Shown: positions 1 to 11,050 of the stretch, in pieces | Layout of the letters: each line of letters begins with the position of its first letter | How positions within the stretch are numbered: the first letter of the stretch is position 1 | Source: an uncultured Actinomycetes bacterium | GTDB lineage: Bacteria > Actinomycetota > Thermoleophilia > UBA2241 | Reading direction: 5' to 3' | Assembly (NCBI GenBank): GCA_963755025.1 | Contig: CAVWIH010000020.1 | Span: 100,699-164,698 of the forward strand | Length of the DNA: 64,000 nucleotides | Notes under the pieces: generated by a model | Seen by the model: the letters and a program-made list of their open reading frames with translations, nothing else | Database searches by the model: none | Told to the model about the DNA's origin: nothing | Translations under genes and position numbers: made by a program

Positions 1-651
1 GCGGGGGCCGCCGGAACTGCCCTTGCTCCAGTTCTTGGGCGGCCGATTGACGAGCATCAACTCTTCGCGACCCTGGGCCCTGAGGCGCTCCCAGATGAGC
101 GCCCAGGCGCACTCGATGTCTTCTTTTTCGGGGGTCGTGACTTCGCACTTGCCGTCGTGCGAGCCGCCGCAGGGGCCGTTCATGAGACTCTTGGAGCAGC
201 GCACCACCGGGCAGATGCCGGCGGTCTCGCCGATGACGCAGTCGCCGCAGGCGCCGCAGCGCTCGAGCCACACGGCGTGCTCTTGCGGCATGCCCAGCAT
301 GTTGGTGTTGACGGCCGGCATGACCAGGCGAGGGCTGAACTTCTCGGCCATCGACTGGACGCCTATGCCACAGGCCATGCTCAGCACGAGCGGGTACTCT
401 TCGACCTTGGCGCCGATGGCGTCGAGGTACTCCCACTCGCACTGGCGGATGGCGGCGGTGTGCTCGATCTGCACGTCGCGACCGTCTTCTTTGGCCTTGA
501 TGCGCAGCTGGGCGGCGAGGATCTCGGCCTCTTTTTCGCCGCCGGTCAGGCAGACTGCGACGCACGTGTCGCACCCGGCCACCAGGACTTTGTCGTGCCC
601 CTCGGTCATGGCGTAGATCTCGTCGAAGGGCTTGCGTTCGGCTGTGATCAT
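1..651 (-). CDS. metV: Methylenetetrahydrofolate reductase small subunit MetV (MTHFR C-terminal-domain protein); 3' end beyond window
   Basis: Manual translation, not in the ORF track: MITAERKPFDEIYAMTEGHDKVLVAGCDTCVAVCLTGG...RQCE...ACGIGVQ...ERCGACGDCVIGETAGICPVVRCSKSLMNGPCGGSHDGKCEV...CAWALIWERL, the MetV Cys pattern. GGAGGAAGGA RBS upstream; lies directly after mvhD. Confidence 0.85.
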   Translation of the reverse strand, partial: MITAERKPFDEIYAMTEGHDKVLVAGCDTCVAVCLTGGEKEAEILAAQLRIKAKEDGRDVQIEHTAAIRQCEWEYLDAIGAKVEEYPLVLSMACGIGVQSMAEKFSPRLVMPAVNTNMLGMPQEHAVWLERCGACGDCVIGETAGICPVVRCSKSLMNGPCGGSHDGKCEVTTPEKEDIECAWALIWERLRAQGREELMLVNRPPKNWSKGSSGGPR

Positions 652-682
652 CTTGAGTGTCCTTCCTCCACGAAGATCGCGG

Positions 683-1270
683 TCATGCGCTTGGGGGGGT
701 GTCGGCGTCGTCGGGCATGGCCAGGGCGCCCATCTCGCGGACGACGACCTCGTGGGCCGTGAAACCGTCGCGCGGACGCACCGGGTTGGGCCCCAGGCCG
801 CGGATGCGCGCGGTGAAGTCGCGCGCGGTCTGGGCGAACTGCGGGCCCATGGCCGACGACATGTTGTACATCTCGACGCGACCGGGGTCGACGCCGATCT
901 CTTCGAGCAGCTTCTTGACGTAGCCCACCCGCTTTTTGGCCCAGAGATTGCCCTTGAGGTAGTGGCACTCGCCCTCGAGGCAGCCCGCGGCGTAGACGCC
1001 GTCGGCGCCGGCTTCGAGCGCCTTGAGCAGGTGGATGACCTCGAGCTTGCCGGTGCAGGGCAGCTTGATCATGCGGATGTTCGAGGGGTACTGCAGGCGC
1101 ATGCTGCCCGCCAGGTCGGCGGCCGCATAGGCGCAGTAGTGACAGGCAAAGACGATGATCTCGGGCTCGAAGCCCTCGTTTGCCGGCAGGTCGGGCGCGG
1201 CGTCGCCTGCGGGGGCCGCGCCTTGTGAGTCGGCGGGAGCCGCGGCGGCCGCGGTGGGCTCGTCGGCCAT
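683..1270 (-). CDS. mvhD: MvhD/FlpD [2Fe-2S] subunit
   Basis: FEPEIIVFACHYCAYAAADLAG...IKLPCTGK...GADGVYAAGCLEGECHYLKGN motifs; adjacent to hdrA. Confidence 0.93.
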   Translation of the reverse strand: MADEPTAAAAAPADSQGAAPAGDAAPDLPANEGFEPEIIVFACHYCAYAAADLAGSMRLQYPSNIRMIKLPCTGKLEVIHLLKALEAGADGVYAAGCLEGECHYLKGNLWAKKRVGYVKKLLEEIGVDPGRVEMYNMSSAMGPQFAQTARDFTARIRGLGPNPVRPRDGFTAHEVVVREMGALAMPDDADTPPSA

Positions 1271-1271
1271 C

Positions 1272-4200
1272 TCAGCTCACCTCCATCGTGAGCGCCTCTT
1301 CTTTGGCGAAGATCTGCGCGTCGGTGTAGTGGTGCAGGACGATCGCCTTGGCGGGGCACTCGCTGACGCACACGCCGCAGCCCTGACAGGCGGCCGCTTC
1401 GATCACGGCCTTCTTGGCGACCGGGTCGATGGTGGGCACCTCGTAGGGGCAGATGCGCACGCAGGTGAGGCAGGCGGCGCATTTGTCTTGATCGACCTCG
1501 GCCACCACGCCGCCGGCTTTGAGGGCCGGCTTGGCGAGGATGGCGGCGGCGCGGCCGGCGGCCGCGTAGGCCTGGCTCACCGACTCGTCGATGCTCTTCG
1601 GGTAGTGGGCGCCGCCGCACAGGAAGATGCCTTCGCTGGCGAAGTCGACGGGGCGCAGCTTGACGTGCGCTTCGAGGAAGAAGCCGTCGCCCTGGAGCGG
1701 CACCTTGAGCATTTTGGAGAGCTCGGAGGCGCCGTCGTTGGGAACGGTCGGGGTGGCCAGCACGAGCAGGTCGAGCGGCAGCTCGACGCGGCGCTGCAGG
1801 TAGGGGTCGGTGTAGGCGACCTTGACCGGCGTGCCGGGCTTGCCGTTGGCGGCGCTGCCGGCGCTCACGATCTCGGGCTTGGAGTCGTTGTCGTAGCGCG
1901 TGAAGATCACGCCGAGCTCGCGCGCCCTGGTGTAGTACTCCTCGAAGAGGCCGAAGGTGCGCACCTCTTTGAACCACACGTAGACGGGCCGCTCGGGGTC
2001 TTGTTCCTTTAGGCGGATGGCGTTTTTGACGCTCTGCTGGCAGCAGGTGCGCGAGCAGTAGTTGGCGCCCTCTTCGAGCGAGCCGGCGCAGAGGATGAAG
2101 CCCACCGCGTCGGCCTTGGCCAGGCGCGCCTGGTCGGTGGCGAAGAGGTGCTCGAGCTCGAGGCCGGTGACGATCTTGTCGCTCTGGCCCAGGCTGTACA
2201 GGTCGGGGCGCGCCTCTTGCGAGCCGGTGGCCACGATGACGACGCCGTGGTCGATGGGCGTACGCCGCCCGTCGGCGGCGGCGATGACGCTCGAGAAGTT
2301 GCCGATGAAGCCGTGGAAGTCTTCGAGCGTGGACGCCAGGTGGATCTTGACGTTGGGGTTGTCGATGACGCGCTGCTGCAGGGCGGCGGCGAAGTCGGCC
2401 GGGCGCGAGCCCTTGATGGTCTGGTCGAGCTCGAGCACGCGGCCGCCGAGGGCGGCTTCGCGCTCGACCAGGTGGACCTCGTGGCCCATCTCGCCGAGGG
2501 CCGCGGCGGCGGTCATGCCGGCCACGCCGCCGCCGATCACGACGGTGGCGTGCGTGAGCGGCACGTCGACCTTGTAGAGCGGCTCGAGCAGGCGCGCCCG
2601 GGCCACGGACATGCGGATGAGGTCTTTGGCCTTGTCGGTGGCCTCGCCGGGGTGGTCGCGGTGCACCCAGCTCGCCTGGTCGCGGATGTTGGCCATCTCG
2701 AACAGGAAGGGGTTGAGACCGGCCTCGCGCAGGGTGTCCTGGAAGATCGGTTCGTGGGTGCGCGGCGTGCAGCTGGCCACGACGACGCGGTTGAGGTCGT
2801 GCTCGGCGACCATGTCCTTGATGAGGGTGAGCGAGTCGGACGAGCACGTGTACATGGTGTCGTTGGCGTAGACCACGCCGGGCAGCTTGAGGGCGTACTC
2901 GGCGACGCCTTCGACGTCGATCACGCCGGCGATGTTCGAGCCGCAGTGGCAGACGAAGACGCCCACCCGCGGTTCGACGCCCACGACGTCGTGCTCGGTC
3001 GGGTACTCCTTGTCGACCGTGAGCGTGCCGCGCGAGTCGGACAGGCCGGTCATGACCTTGGCCGCCGCGGCCGAGGCCTGGGCGACGGAGTCGGGGATGT
3101 CTTTGGGCTCGCCGAACGGGCCCACCACGTAGACGCCCTCGCGGCTCGAGTCGAGCGGCGCGTACTCGTGCAGCTCGCAGAAGCCGTGGCGGTTGAGGGC
3201 CACGCCGAGCTTGCCGGCGGCCTCTTGCGCCTTGCGCGCCGGCTCGAGGCCGGCGGACAGCACGACCATGTCGTAGCGGTCGGTGTGCAGGGCGCCCGTC
3301 TCGTCTTCCCAGGTGATGAGCAGGTCGTGGGTGAGCGGGTCCTCTTTGATGTACGAGGGCCGCGAGCGGATGAAGTTGACGCCCATGTCCTGGGCGCGCT
3401 GGTAGAAGGCGTCGAAGCCCTTGCCCTGGGCGCGCATGTCCATGAGGAAGACGTCGGGCTTGACGCCGGGCACGTGGTCGATAGTGAGCATGGCCTGCTT
3501 GTTGGCGAACATGCAGCAGACGCTCGAGCAGTACTCGTGGTCCTGGTCGCGCGAGCCCACGCACTGGATGAAGGCGATCTTGCCGGGGTGCTCGCCGTTC
3601 GACGGGCGCTTGACCTCGCCGATCGGTGGGGCCCGAGGCGGAGAGCATGCGCTCGTACTCGAGGGCCGAGAGGATGTTGGGGTAGCGGCCGTAGCCGTAC
3701 TCGCCCTTGTTGCCGGGGTCGTAGAGGTCGAAGCCGGTGGCCAGCACGACGGCGCCGACCTCGACGTCGAACTCGCGGTCGTGCTCGCCGTGCAGCAGGG
3801 CGCCCGGGCCGCAGGCCCGCACGCACTCCATGCACTCCGAGCAGACGGCGCAGTTGAGGCAGCGCTTGGCTTCGGTCACGGCCTGCTCGGCCGAGAAGCC
3901 GGTGTTGACCTCGTCCCAGGTGAGCTTGCGGGCGGCGCCGGCCAGGTGCGGCATGGCGAGGCGCGCCATGACTGCGGTCTGGGCCAGCACGTCGTCGTCG
4001 GGCTTGGCTTCGTCCATGGACTCGTCGTCTAAGGGCAGCAGCTCTTCGCCGCGCAGGAAGTTGTGGATGGCGCGGGCGCCGCGGCGGCCGGCGGCGACGG
4101 CCTCGATGGCCGTCCAGGGGCCGCGCGCGGCGGCGTCGCCGCCGGCGAACACGCCCTCGCGGCCGGTGGCCTGGGTCTGCTTGTCGATGACGATCTGGTT

Positions 4201-5740
4201 GCGCTCGACCGCGAGGCCGGTGGCGCCTGAGGCGAAGTCGTCGACCATGCCCTGGCCGGTGGCGAAGATCACCGTGTCGCAGGCGATCTCGCTGAAGGTG
4301 TTGTCAAGGGGCACCGGCGGGCGCCAGCCGCGCGCGTCGGCCTCGCCCAGGGTGCAGGCGGTGAACTCGACCTTGGCGGCGCGGCCGTCGGGGCCGGCCA
4401 CCACGGCGGTCGGCATGCACGAGCAGATGAAGCTGATCGACTCGTCGAGGCCCTCTTCGATCTCGTCGGCCGAGGCCGGCATGGTGGCGTCGTCTTCGAT
4501 GCAGACGAGCTGCACGTGCTCGGCGCCCAGGCGTACGGCCGTGCGGCCGGCGTCGAAGGCCACGTCGCCGCCGCCGATGACGACCACGTTCTTGCCCATG
4601 GCGACGGGCTGTTCGAGGGTAGCGTCGCGCAGCAGGTCGACCGCGGTGAAGACGCCCTCGAGGTCGTTGCCCGGTATGGGCAGCGGACGACCGCCCTGCA
4701 GGCCGACCCCCATGAAGACGGCCTGGTAGCCGTCGGCGAGCAGCGAGTCGATGGTGAAGTCGGCGCCGGCAGCCTTGTTGCACTGCAGCTCGACGCCGAG
4801 CGCCAGGATGCGGTCGATGTCTTGCTGCAGGGCGGCCTTGGGCAGGCGGTACTCGGGAATGCCGAAGCGCAGCATGCCGCCGGGCTCGGGCTTGGCCTCG
4901 AACACGGTGGTCTGGTAGCCCAGCAGCGCCAGGTCGCGGGCGCACGACAGGCCGCTCGGGCCGGCGCCCACGATGGCGACCTTCTCGGTGAAGGTGGCCT
5001 CGACGGGCTCGGGCAGGGGCACGTTGTCGAAGGCGAAGTCGGCGACGAAGCGCTTGAGACCGGCGATGGCGATGGGCTGCTCGATCTCGCCGCGCGTGCA
5101 GTCGGTCTCGCACTTGTGGGTGCAGACCCGGCCGCAGACGGCGGGGAAGGGGTTGGGCTCGCTCGCGACGCGGTACGCGTCGGCGAAGCGCTCCTGGGCG
5201 ATGAGCGCTACGTAGCCTTGCGCCGAGGTGTGCACGGCGCAGGCGCGCTTGCAGGGCGAATGGCCCTTCTTGGTGACCGCATAGGTGTTGGGGATGGCCT
5301 GCGGGTAGAGCTTGTAGATGGCCTTGCGCTCGCCGAGCTCTTCGTTGTACTGGTCGGCGACGACCACCGGGCAGACCGGGGCGCACTCGCCGCAGCTCGT
5401 GCAGAGGTCGGGGTCGACGAAACGGGCGTGGTGGAAGACCTTGGCTTTGAAGTTGCCGGGGCTGCCCTCGAGGCCGGTGAGCTCGGAGTTGGTGACGATC
5501 TCGATGTTCAGGTGACGCCCGGCTTCGACCAGCTTGGGAGCCAGCGTGCACATGGAGCAGTCGTTGGTGGGGAAGGTCTTGTCGAGTTGCGACATGTGGC
5601 CGCCGAGCGCCGGCGACTTTTCGACCAGATAGACCTTGTATCCGCCCTCGGCTAGGTCGAGCGAACACTGGATGCCGGCGACGCCGCCTCCGAGGACGAG
5701 AGCAGCACCGGTCGAGGTGGGACCATTTGCCCTTGGCCAT
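1272..5740 (-). CDS. hdrA: Large HdrA/HdrL-type flavoprotein with inserted GltD-like NAD(P)H-binding module (~1490 aa; frameshifts near 5730 and 3622)
   Basis: LVLGGGVAG, LDKTFPTNDCSMC, ferredoxin motifs, GltD-like NPFPAVCGRVC/VAIVGAGPSG/VIGGGDVAFD, QCVGSRD..YCSSVCC, GVFVCHCG, a second GGGVAG FAD domain and a C-terminal 2x[4Fe-4S] domain. Joined from ORFs 1069..6096 and 1272..3560; ATG at 5740 has an AAGGAG RBS. Confidence 0.9.
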
Positions 5741-5997
5741 ACACTCTCCTTCGCGCGAGTCGGCAGGCTTGCCGTCGGGCGAGAAGCCTCCGCCGAAACG
5801 ACCAGCCGGTGGGACAGGGAGAACTGCCTGAAGTATACCGGGGCCTGCCTGCATCGTCGACTGCAAGCCCGGCTGGTACGAGCGAATCGTTGCGCGGATG
5901 TGGGCGAAAATGGGCGAAAGTGGGCTCGGGCAGGCGAAGAGCACTCCCGGAACCGAAGCGCAGAGGCAAGCGGGCGCGCCGTCTCGCCGGCGGGCGC

Positions 5998-6352
5998 TAC
6001 AGGCTGAGCGACCCAGGCCGCCTGATAGGCGACGACGGCGGCGAAGACCACGGTCAGCAGCACGGCGGCGGCCAGCGCGGCCGGGCGGCGCCGCACGCGC
6101 CAGAGCGCCAGCGACGCCCACGGTCACGATGCCGATCTTGAAGACCGCGGCCAGCAGCGTGCCCTCGTGTAAGAAGTAGCGCATGACGTCGTTCTCCTCG
6201 GTGGCGAAGCCGAGCCACAGCGCATACCGGGTGAGCAGCAGGTCGGCCACGTTCAGCACCCAGAGCTCGAGCAGGCACCAGAAGAGGAGCTGCTCGCGCC
6301 CGACGCCGCGCGTGCGGGTGACGGCCTCACCGTCGGCGGGGCGCCCGATCAT
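5998..6352 (-). CDS. DUF5658-like small membrane protein (frameshifted)
   Basis: LWVLNVADLLLTRYALWLGFATEENDVMRYFL...AAVFKIGIV followed by a hydrophobic C-terminus in another frame; ATG overlaps the upstream stop (ATGA). Confidence 0.6.
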
Positions 6353-7437
6353 TGCGGCAACCGCGCCGTCTGCAGCCACGAGCCCGCCCCGCTGCCGGCC
6401 CACCAGGCGACGCGGGCGCCGCTGACCAGGACCGCCTGCACGGTCTCGGCGACCCGGGCCACGCGGACCGCCGGCCCGCCGCTCAGGCGCCGGCTCATCG
6501 ATCTCGCAGCCGGCGCCGCTCGGCGCGCACTGCGCCCAGACGACCGTGGTGCCGTCGAAGTCGGGCGCTCCCACGAGCGCGCCCGACGCGACCACGCGGC
6601 CCACCAGCGAGCGCAGGTCGTAGGCGTTGATCGTGCCGCTCTGCCCGGCGCTGCGCTGCCAGACCAGCGTGTCGCCGGCGAGGATGGGCGCGTCGAAGAC
6701 TGGCGCCCGAACTGGTCGGGCAGCGTGATGTCGCCGACCTCGTCGGTGGCGGTGTCGACGACGACAGGGTGAAGGGCGCCGAGGGCTGCGCCTGGCGCGA
6801 CCAGGCCACGAAGGAGCCGTCGGCGAACAGGAACGGCCCAGGTGGCTGCCGTGCGCCAGCACGCGCCGACGCCCCGTGGACAAGTCGCACGACCGCGACG
6901 GTGGCGGCGCTGCCGGTCGCCGCTCAGCCAGACCACGCGTGTCGCCGGCCACGACCGGCGCGGCGATCAGCGGGGCGTGGGTCTCGAGCAGGCGCTGGCG
7001 GCGACCCGACGAGAAGTCGTACGGCGTAGACCAGGTTGGTGTCGTCGGCGGCCGGACGAGTATTCGGCCCACGCCGCGGCGCGCGCCGAGACGTCGGGCG
7101 GCGCCAGCGACTGGGCGCCGCGGGCGTCGCCGACGAGGCGGGTCTTGCCCGAGCGCAGGTCCATGACGATCGTGTAGGGCCCGGCGCTCCAGGCTGCGTG
7201 GTCGCCGGCCAGCGAGGGTTCGTCGACGCCGAGAGAGGGCTGGCTCACGCGCCAGCCGGCGGATGTCGGCGATGACTTGCGGCCGCCAGCCGGCATGGGC
7301 TTGCTCCCAGGCAAAGCCGCCGACGCCAACGACGGCGCCGACGACGACGATGAGCGCGGCCACCAGGAGCGCGCGCAGGCTGGCAGGTCGGGATGAGTCC
7401 GTGGCCCCTCCGGCGCCGCGAATGACGGCGTAGCCAA
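6349..7437 (-). CDS. Secreted or membrane-anchored beta-propeller-like hypothetical protein (several frameshifts)
   Basis: N-terminal TM segment (ALLVAALIVVVGAVVGVGG) and repeated P-x-L/V-x-G-D-x-x-V/A-W blades spread over several frames. Confidence 0.5.
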
Positions 7438-7479
7438 GGTATCGACCTGAGGGCCGCGCCAGACCTGAGCGCCCGGCGC

Positions 7480-7808
7480 TTAGCAGGGGTGCGTCGAAGG
7501 CGGCCAGCGCTGCCGGCAGGGCCTGGGTGACGGCGTTGCCGACGGCCGGCAGGCCGACGAGCACCGCCGAAATGACCTCGTCGCGGCTGGCGCCCAGGGC
7601 GCGGGCCTGGCCTGCGTGGAAGGGCACGCCGCTCGTCAGGCGCGTGGCGGCGAGCACCGCCAGATAGGCGAGCGCCGCCGTCTTGTCGTCGAGCGCGCTC
7701 GCCGCGCCCAGGCGCTGCACCGCTTCCATCCAGGCGCCGGCGTGCTCGGGCGCCTCGTGCAGGAAGGCCTGGAAGGCGTCGCTCACGCCGGCTCGGTCCG
7801 TCGCTCAT
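7480..7808 (-). CDS. Carboxymuconolactone decarboxylase/AhpD-family protein (frameshifts at both ends)
   Basis: SDAFQAFLHEAPEHAGAWMEAVQRLGAASALDDKTAALAYLAVLAATRLTSGVPFHAGQARALGASRDEVISAVLVGLPAVG. Confidence 0.8.
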
Positions 7809-7943
7809 CGCAGTTCCCCCTCGGGTGTCGCTTGTCGGCCTGGCTCTCAGCCTGCGGCGCATCCTACCGGACAGCTTGTCGAACGCGGTCGCGCCGGATG
7901 GTGGATCGGGCCAGTCGACGGCCGCGCAGCGCCGCGCCCGGGC

Positions 7944-7952
7944 TGGTAGAAT
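7944..7952 (+). promoter_or_regulatory. Extended -10 promoter element (TGGTAGAAT)
   Basis: TGn-TAGAAT about 110 nt upstream of the aminotransferase start. Confidence 0.5.
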
Positions 7953-8062
7953 CGCGCGCACACCCGCCTCAGTCCAAGCACGGCCCCTCTCGGGCACGGC
8001 CCCCGGCTGTAAGGCACAGCAACCCCGCAAAGAAACCGTCACTCGAAGGGTGGTCGATAGTA

Positions 8063-9363
8063 ATGGGTGTCCAGGACCAGTACCGCGACTACGTAATGAC
8101 CGGCTTCGTCAAACGCATCGAGCCGGTCGTGGTCGACCACGGCGAGGGCGCCAGGCTCTACGACGTCGACGGCAAAGAGTACGTCGACTGCTTCGCCGGC
8201 ATCTCGGTGACCAACGCCGGCCACCACAACATGGCCATCATCGAGGCCGCCAAGGCGCAGGCCGACAAGCTCGTCCACGCCTGCAGCTACGTCTACTACG
8301 TGCCCACCGTCGGCGCCCTGGCCGAGAAGCTCGCCGAGGTCACCCCCGGCGAGCTGCAAAAAGAGCTTCTTCTGCAACTCCGGCGCCGAGGCCAACGAAG
8401 GCGCCATGCGCCTCGCCAAGCGCTACTCGGGCAAGACTGCGAGCTCGTGGCCATCGAGTCGAGCTTCCACGGCCGCACCTACGCGACCCTGTCGATCACC
8501 GGCAACTCGGGCCGCAAAAAGGGCGGCGGCCCCTACATGCCGGGCGTCGCCTTCACGACCACGCCGTACTGCTACCGCTGCCCGCTGGGCCTGCAGGCAG
8601 ACGAGCTGCGGCCTGGCCTGCGCCGAGCGCCTGCGCGAGGTCATCCGCCTGCACCTGTCGGGCGACGTGCTGCGCCTTCATCGCCGAACCGGTGATGGGC
8701 GAGGGCGGCATCATCGTGCCGCCCGACGACTACTTCAAGGCCGTCAAGAGCATCCTCGACGACGAAGGCATGCTCTTCATCGCCGACGAGGTGCAGAGCG
8801 GCTTCGGCCGTACCGGCAAGTTCTTCGCCATCCAGCACTTCGGCGTCACGCCCGACATCATCACCATGGCCAAGGGCATCGCCGACGGCTGGCCGCTGGG
8901 CGCCTTCACCGCACGCGCCGAGATCGCCGACGCCTTCCAGGTGGGCGACCACCTCTCGACCTTCGGCGGCAACCCGGTGAGCTGCGCCGCCTCGCTGGCC
9001 AACATCGACTTCATGCAGTCGACCGACCTGCCCGGCCAGGCCGCGGCCAAGGGCGAGAAGCTCATGGCGCGCTTCCGCGCTCACGCCGAGCACGAACCGC
9101 TGATCGGCGACGTGCGCGGCAAGGGCCTCATGATCGGCATCGAGCTGGTCAAAGACCCCGAGACCAAGGCCTACGCCACGGCCGAAGCCGGCTTCGTGCG
9201 CAACTACTGCCTCGAGCACGGCGTGCTGATCGGCGTGGGCGGTAACTTCGGCAACGTGCTGCGCCTGCAGCCGCCGCTCGTGATCGACGAGGGCGAGCTC
9301 GACACCGTGTTCGCCACCATCGCCGAGGCCCTCGAGGCGTCGCGCACCGCGGCCACCGCCTGA
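8063..9363 (+). CDS. Class III PLP-dependent aminotransferase (GabT/ArgD-like), frameshifted between ~8360 and 8680
   Basis: GEGARLYDVDGKEYVDCFAGISVTNAGH, CNSGAEANEGA, SFHGRT, FIAEPVMGEGG, IADEVQSGFGRTG, DIITMAKG, GDVRGKGLMIGIEL. Confidence 0.9.
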
Positions 9364-9376
9364 GCCAGACGACCGT

Positions 9377-9420
9377 AAAGGGGCGGGGCGGGGCCGCAGG
9401 CCCCGCCCCGCCCCTTTTTG
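9377..9420 (+). terminator. Intrinsic terminator
   Basis: Long GC stem around a GCA loop followed by TTTTT, just after the aminotransferase stop. Confidence 0.85.
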
Positions 9421-9510
9421 CGTGCAAATCGGCCGGTGCGGCCCGCCGGGTCTGGCGTCGCCGCCTCCGATAGGGCAAAGTAGGCAGATGCCGAGCGAGA
9501 GGGTGGTGAC

Positions 9511-9822
9511 ATGAGCGACGACATGGATTGGCGCGACGGTTCCGTACAGCGCACCATGCCCGACAGCGCGGGCTTCGAGTGGTCGCGGTCGCGTTCTCGT
9601 TCGCGCGGCCGCCGGCGGGCGCGCCGACACGTGCCCTGGACGCCCCTCGTCGTTCTCGTGATGATCGTCGTAGGCGTGGTGCTGTGGCTCGAGAACCGCA
9701 GCCAGGTGCACCTGAAGTTCCTGTCGGTGCACGTCACCGCGCCGCTCTGGGTAGTGGCCGTCGTCAATCTGGCGATCGGCCTCGTGCTGGGCGGCGTGCT
9801 CGTCGCCCGCTCGCGCCGCTAG
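9511..9822 (+). CDS. LapA/DUF1049-like small membrane protein
   Basis: TM-ENRSQVHLKFLSVHVTAPLWVVAVV-TM pattern. Confidence 0.7.
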   Translation: MSDDMDWRDGSVQRTMPDSAGFEWSRSRSRSRGRRRARRHVPWTPLVVLVMIVVGVVLWLENRSQVHLKFLSVHVTAPLWVVAVVNLAIGLVLGGVLVARSRR

Positions 9823-9903
9823 GCGAGCGGTCGTCGCCGGCGGGCATAGAGTCTTCCTGCGAAGGGCATAGTCCCGGCGGAACCCCACACGAAGGCCGAG
9901 AAC

Positions 9904-10317
9904 ATGAGTGACTACTCCGATCCGCGCGACACGCGCCCCCCTCGCAGCACGCCCGACACGCGTGGCCCGCGCCGGCTACCCGACGACAGGGCGCGCCGAC
10001 TACCCGACGACAGGGCGCGCCGGTCACCCGACGAAGGCTCGCGCCGGTCACCCGACGAAGGGCCGCGCCGGCCCACCGACGAAGGGCCTCGTCGCCGGCG
10101 AACCACCGACCCGCGTCGCACCGTGCTGCTCGTCGTGGCGGCCGTCATCGTGGTCGGCGCCATCATCTTCTGGGCGCAGAACCACGGACGCGTCAGCATC
10201 TCGTACCTGACGGTCAACATCACGGCGCCGCTGTGGTTCATGGTCACCGGCTACTTTCTGGTCGGCATACTGATCGGCGCGCTGCTCACCGTCTACTACC
10301 AGCGCCGGCAGCCGTAG
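9904..10317 (+). CDS. LapA/DUF1049-like membrane protein with N-terminal 8-aa repeats
   Basis: TM-AQNHGRVSISYLTVNITAPLWFMV-TM pattern; paralog of the preceding gene. Confidence 0.7.
   Translation: MSDYSDPRDTRPPRSTPDTRGPRRLPDDRARRLPDDRARRSPDEGSRRSPDEGPRRPTDEGPRRRRTTDPRRTVLLVVAAVIVVGAIIFWAQNHGRVSISYLTVNITAPLWFMVTGYFLVGILIGALLTVYYQRRQP
9970..10089 (+). repeat. Five-copy 24-bp coding tandem repeat
   Basis: Units start at 9970, 9994, 10018, 10042 and 10066 and encode RRLPDDRA, RRLPDDRA, RRSPDEGS, RRSPDEGP and RRPTDEGP. Confidence 0.9.
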
Positions 10318-10319
10318 CC

Positions 10320-11018
10320 GTGGCGCCCGCCAAAGCACCCGTCGGCGCCGCCGCCAGGCGGCGGCGCCTGCGCGACGTCGTGGCGTGCCTCGACGACGCC
10401 TACGGCCGGCCGCGGCTCGAGCCGCGGTTCCCGCCGGTCGGCGAGCTCATCTACACGGTGCTCTCGCAGAACACGGCTGACGTGAACACCGACCGCACGT
10501 ACGCCGAGCTGCGCCGCCGCTACCCGACCTGGAGCGAGGTGCGCGACGCGCCCGTGGCGCAGGTCGAGCAAGCCATCGCGCTCGGCGGCCTGTCGCACGT
10601 GAAGGCGCCCCGCATAGTGGCCATCCTGCAGGCCTTGAGCGCGGCCGGCGGCGAGCCCGACCTGAGCCTGCTCGACACCCTCGACGACGAGCACGCGTTG
10701 GCCTACCTCGAGAGCCTGCCGGGCGTGGGGCCCAAGACCGCGGCCTGCGTGCTGCTCTTTGCACTGGGGCGTCCGGCGATGCCGGTCGACACCCACGTGC
10801 ACCGCGTGGCGCGCCGCCTTGGCCTGCTCGACGAGGGCGTGAACGCGATGGCCGCCCACGCCGTGCTGACCGCCATGGCCGGCCCCGAGCCGGCCGACAT
10901 CTATGCGGCTCATGTGGGCCTGGTGCGCCACGGACGTCGCGTCTGCCACGCCCGCCGGCCGGCCTGCGCCGGCTGCCCGCTCAACGACCTCTGTCCCAGC
11001 GCCGGCTCGTTCACGTGA
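10320..11018 (+). CDS. nth: Endonuclease III / HhH-GPD DNA glycosylase
   Basis: LIYTVLSQNT, LPGVGPKTAACVLLF (HhH), PVDTHVHRV and the C-terminal CxxxxxxCxxCxxxxxC 4Fe-4S motif. Confidence 0.85.
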   Translation: MAPAKAPVGAAARRRRLRDVVACLDDAYGRPRLEPRFPPVGELIYTVLSQNTADVNTDRTYAELRRRYPTWSEVRDAPVAQVEQAIALGGLSHVKAPRIVAILQALSAAGGEPDLSLLDTLDDEHALAYLESLPGVGPKTAACVLLFALGRPAMPVDTHVHRVARRLGLLDEGVNAMAAHAVLTAMAGPEPADIYAAHVGLVRHGRRVCHARRPACAGCPLNDLCPSAGSFT

Positions 11019-11050
11019 GCGCCCGGCGCGCCGCACGAAAGGAGCTCGGC

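Noticed and set aside
683-5740. Selenocysteine recoding in hdrA/mvhD
   Set aside because: The relevant positions are Cys codons; the breaks are indels, not in-frame TGA.
5741-5830. Folate or ZTP riboswitch in the hdrA leader
   Set aside because: A hairpin is possible, but I could not match the conserved THF, ZTP or SAM riboswitch motifs.
4304-7786. 1160-aa ORF (and the 1675-aa ORF 1069..6096) as novel fusion proteins
   Set aside because: Chimeras of several genes caused by frameshifts and stop-poor GC-rich DNA.
9970-10089. Possible CRISPR array
   Set aside because: Contiguous in-frame 24-bp units with no spacers and no cas genes; a coding VNTR.
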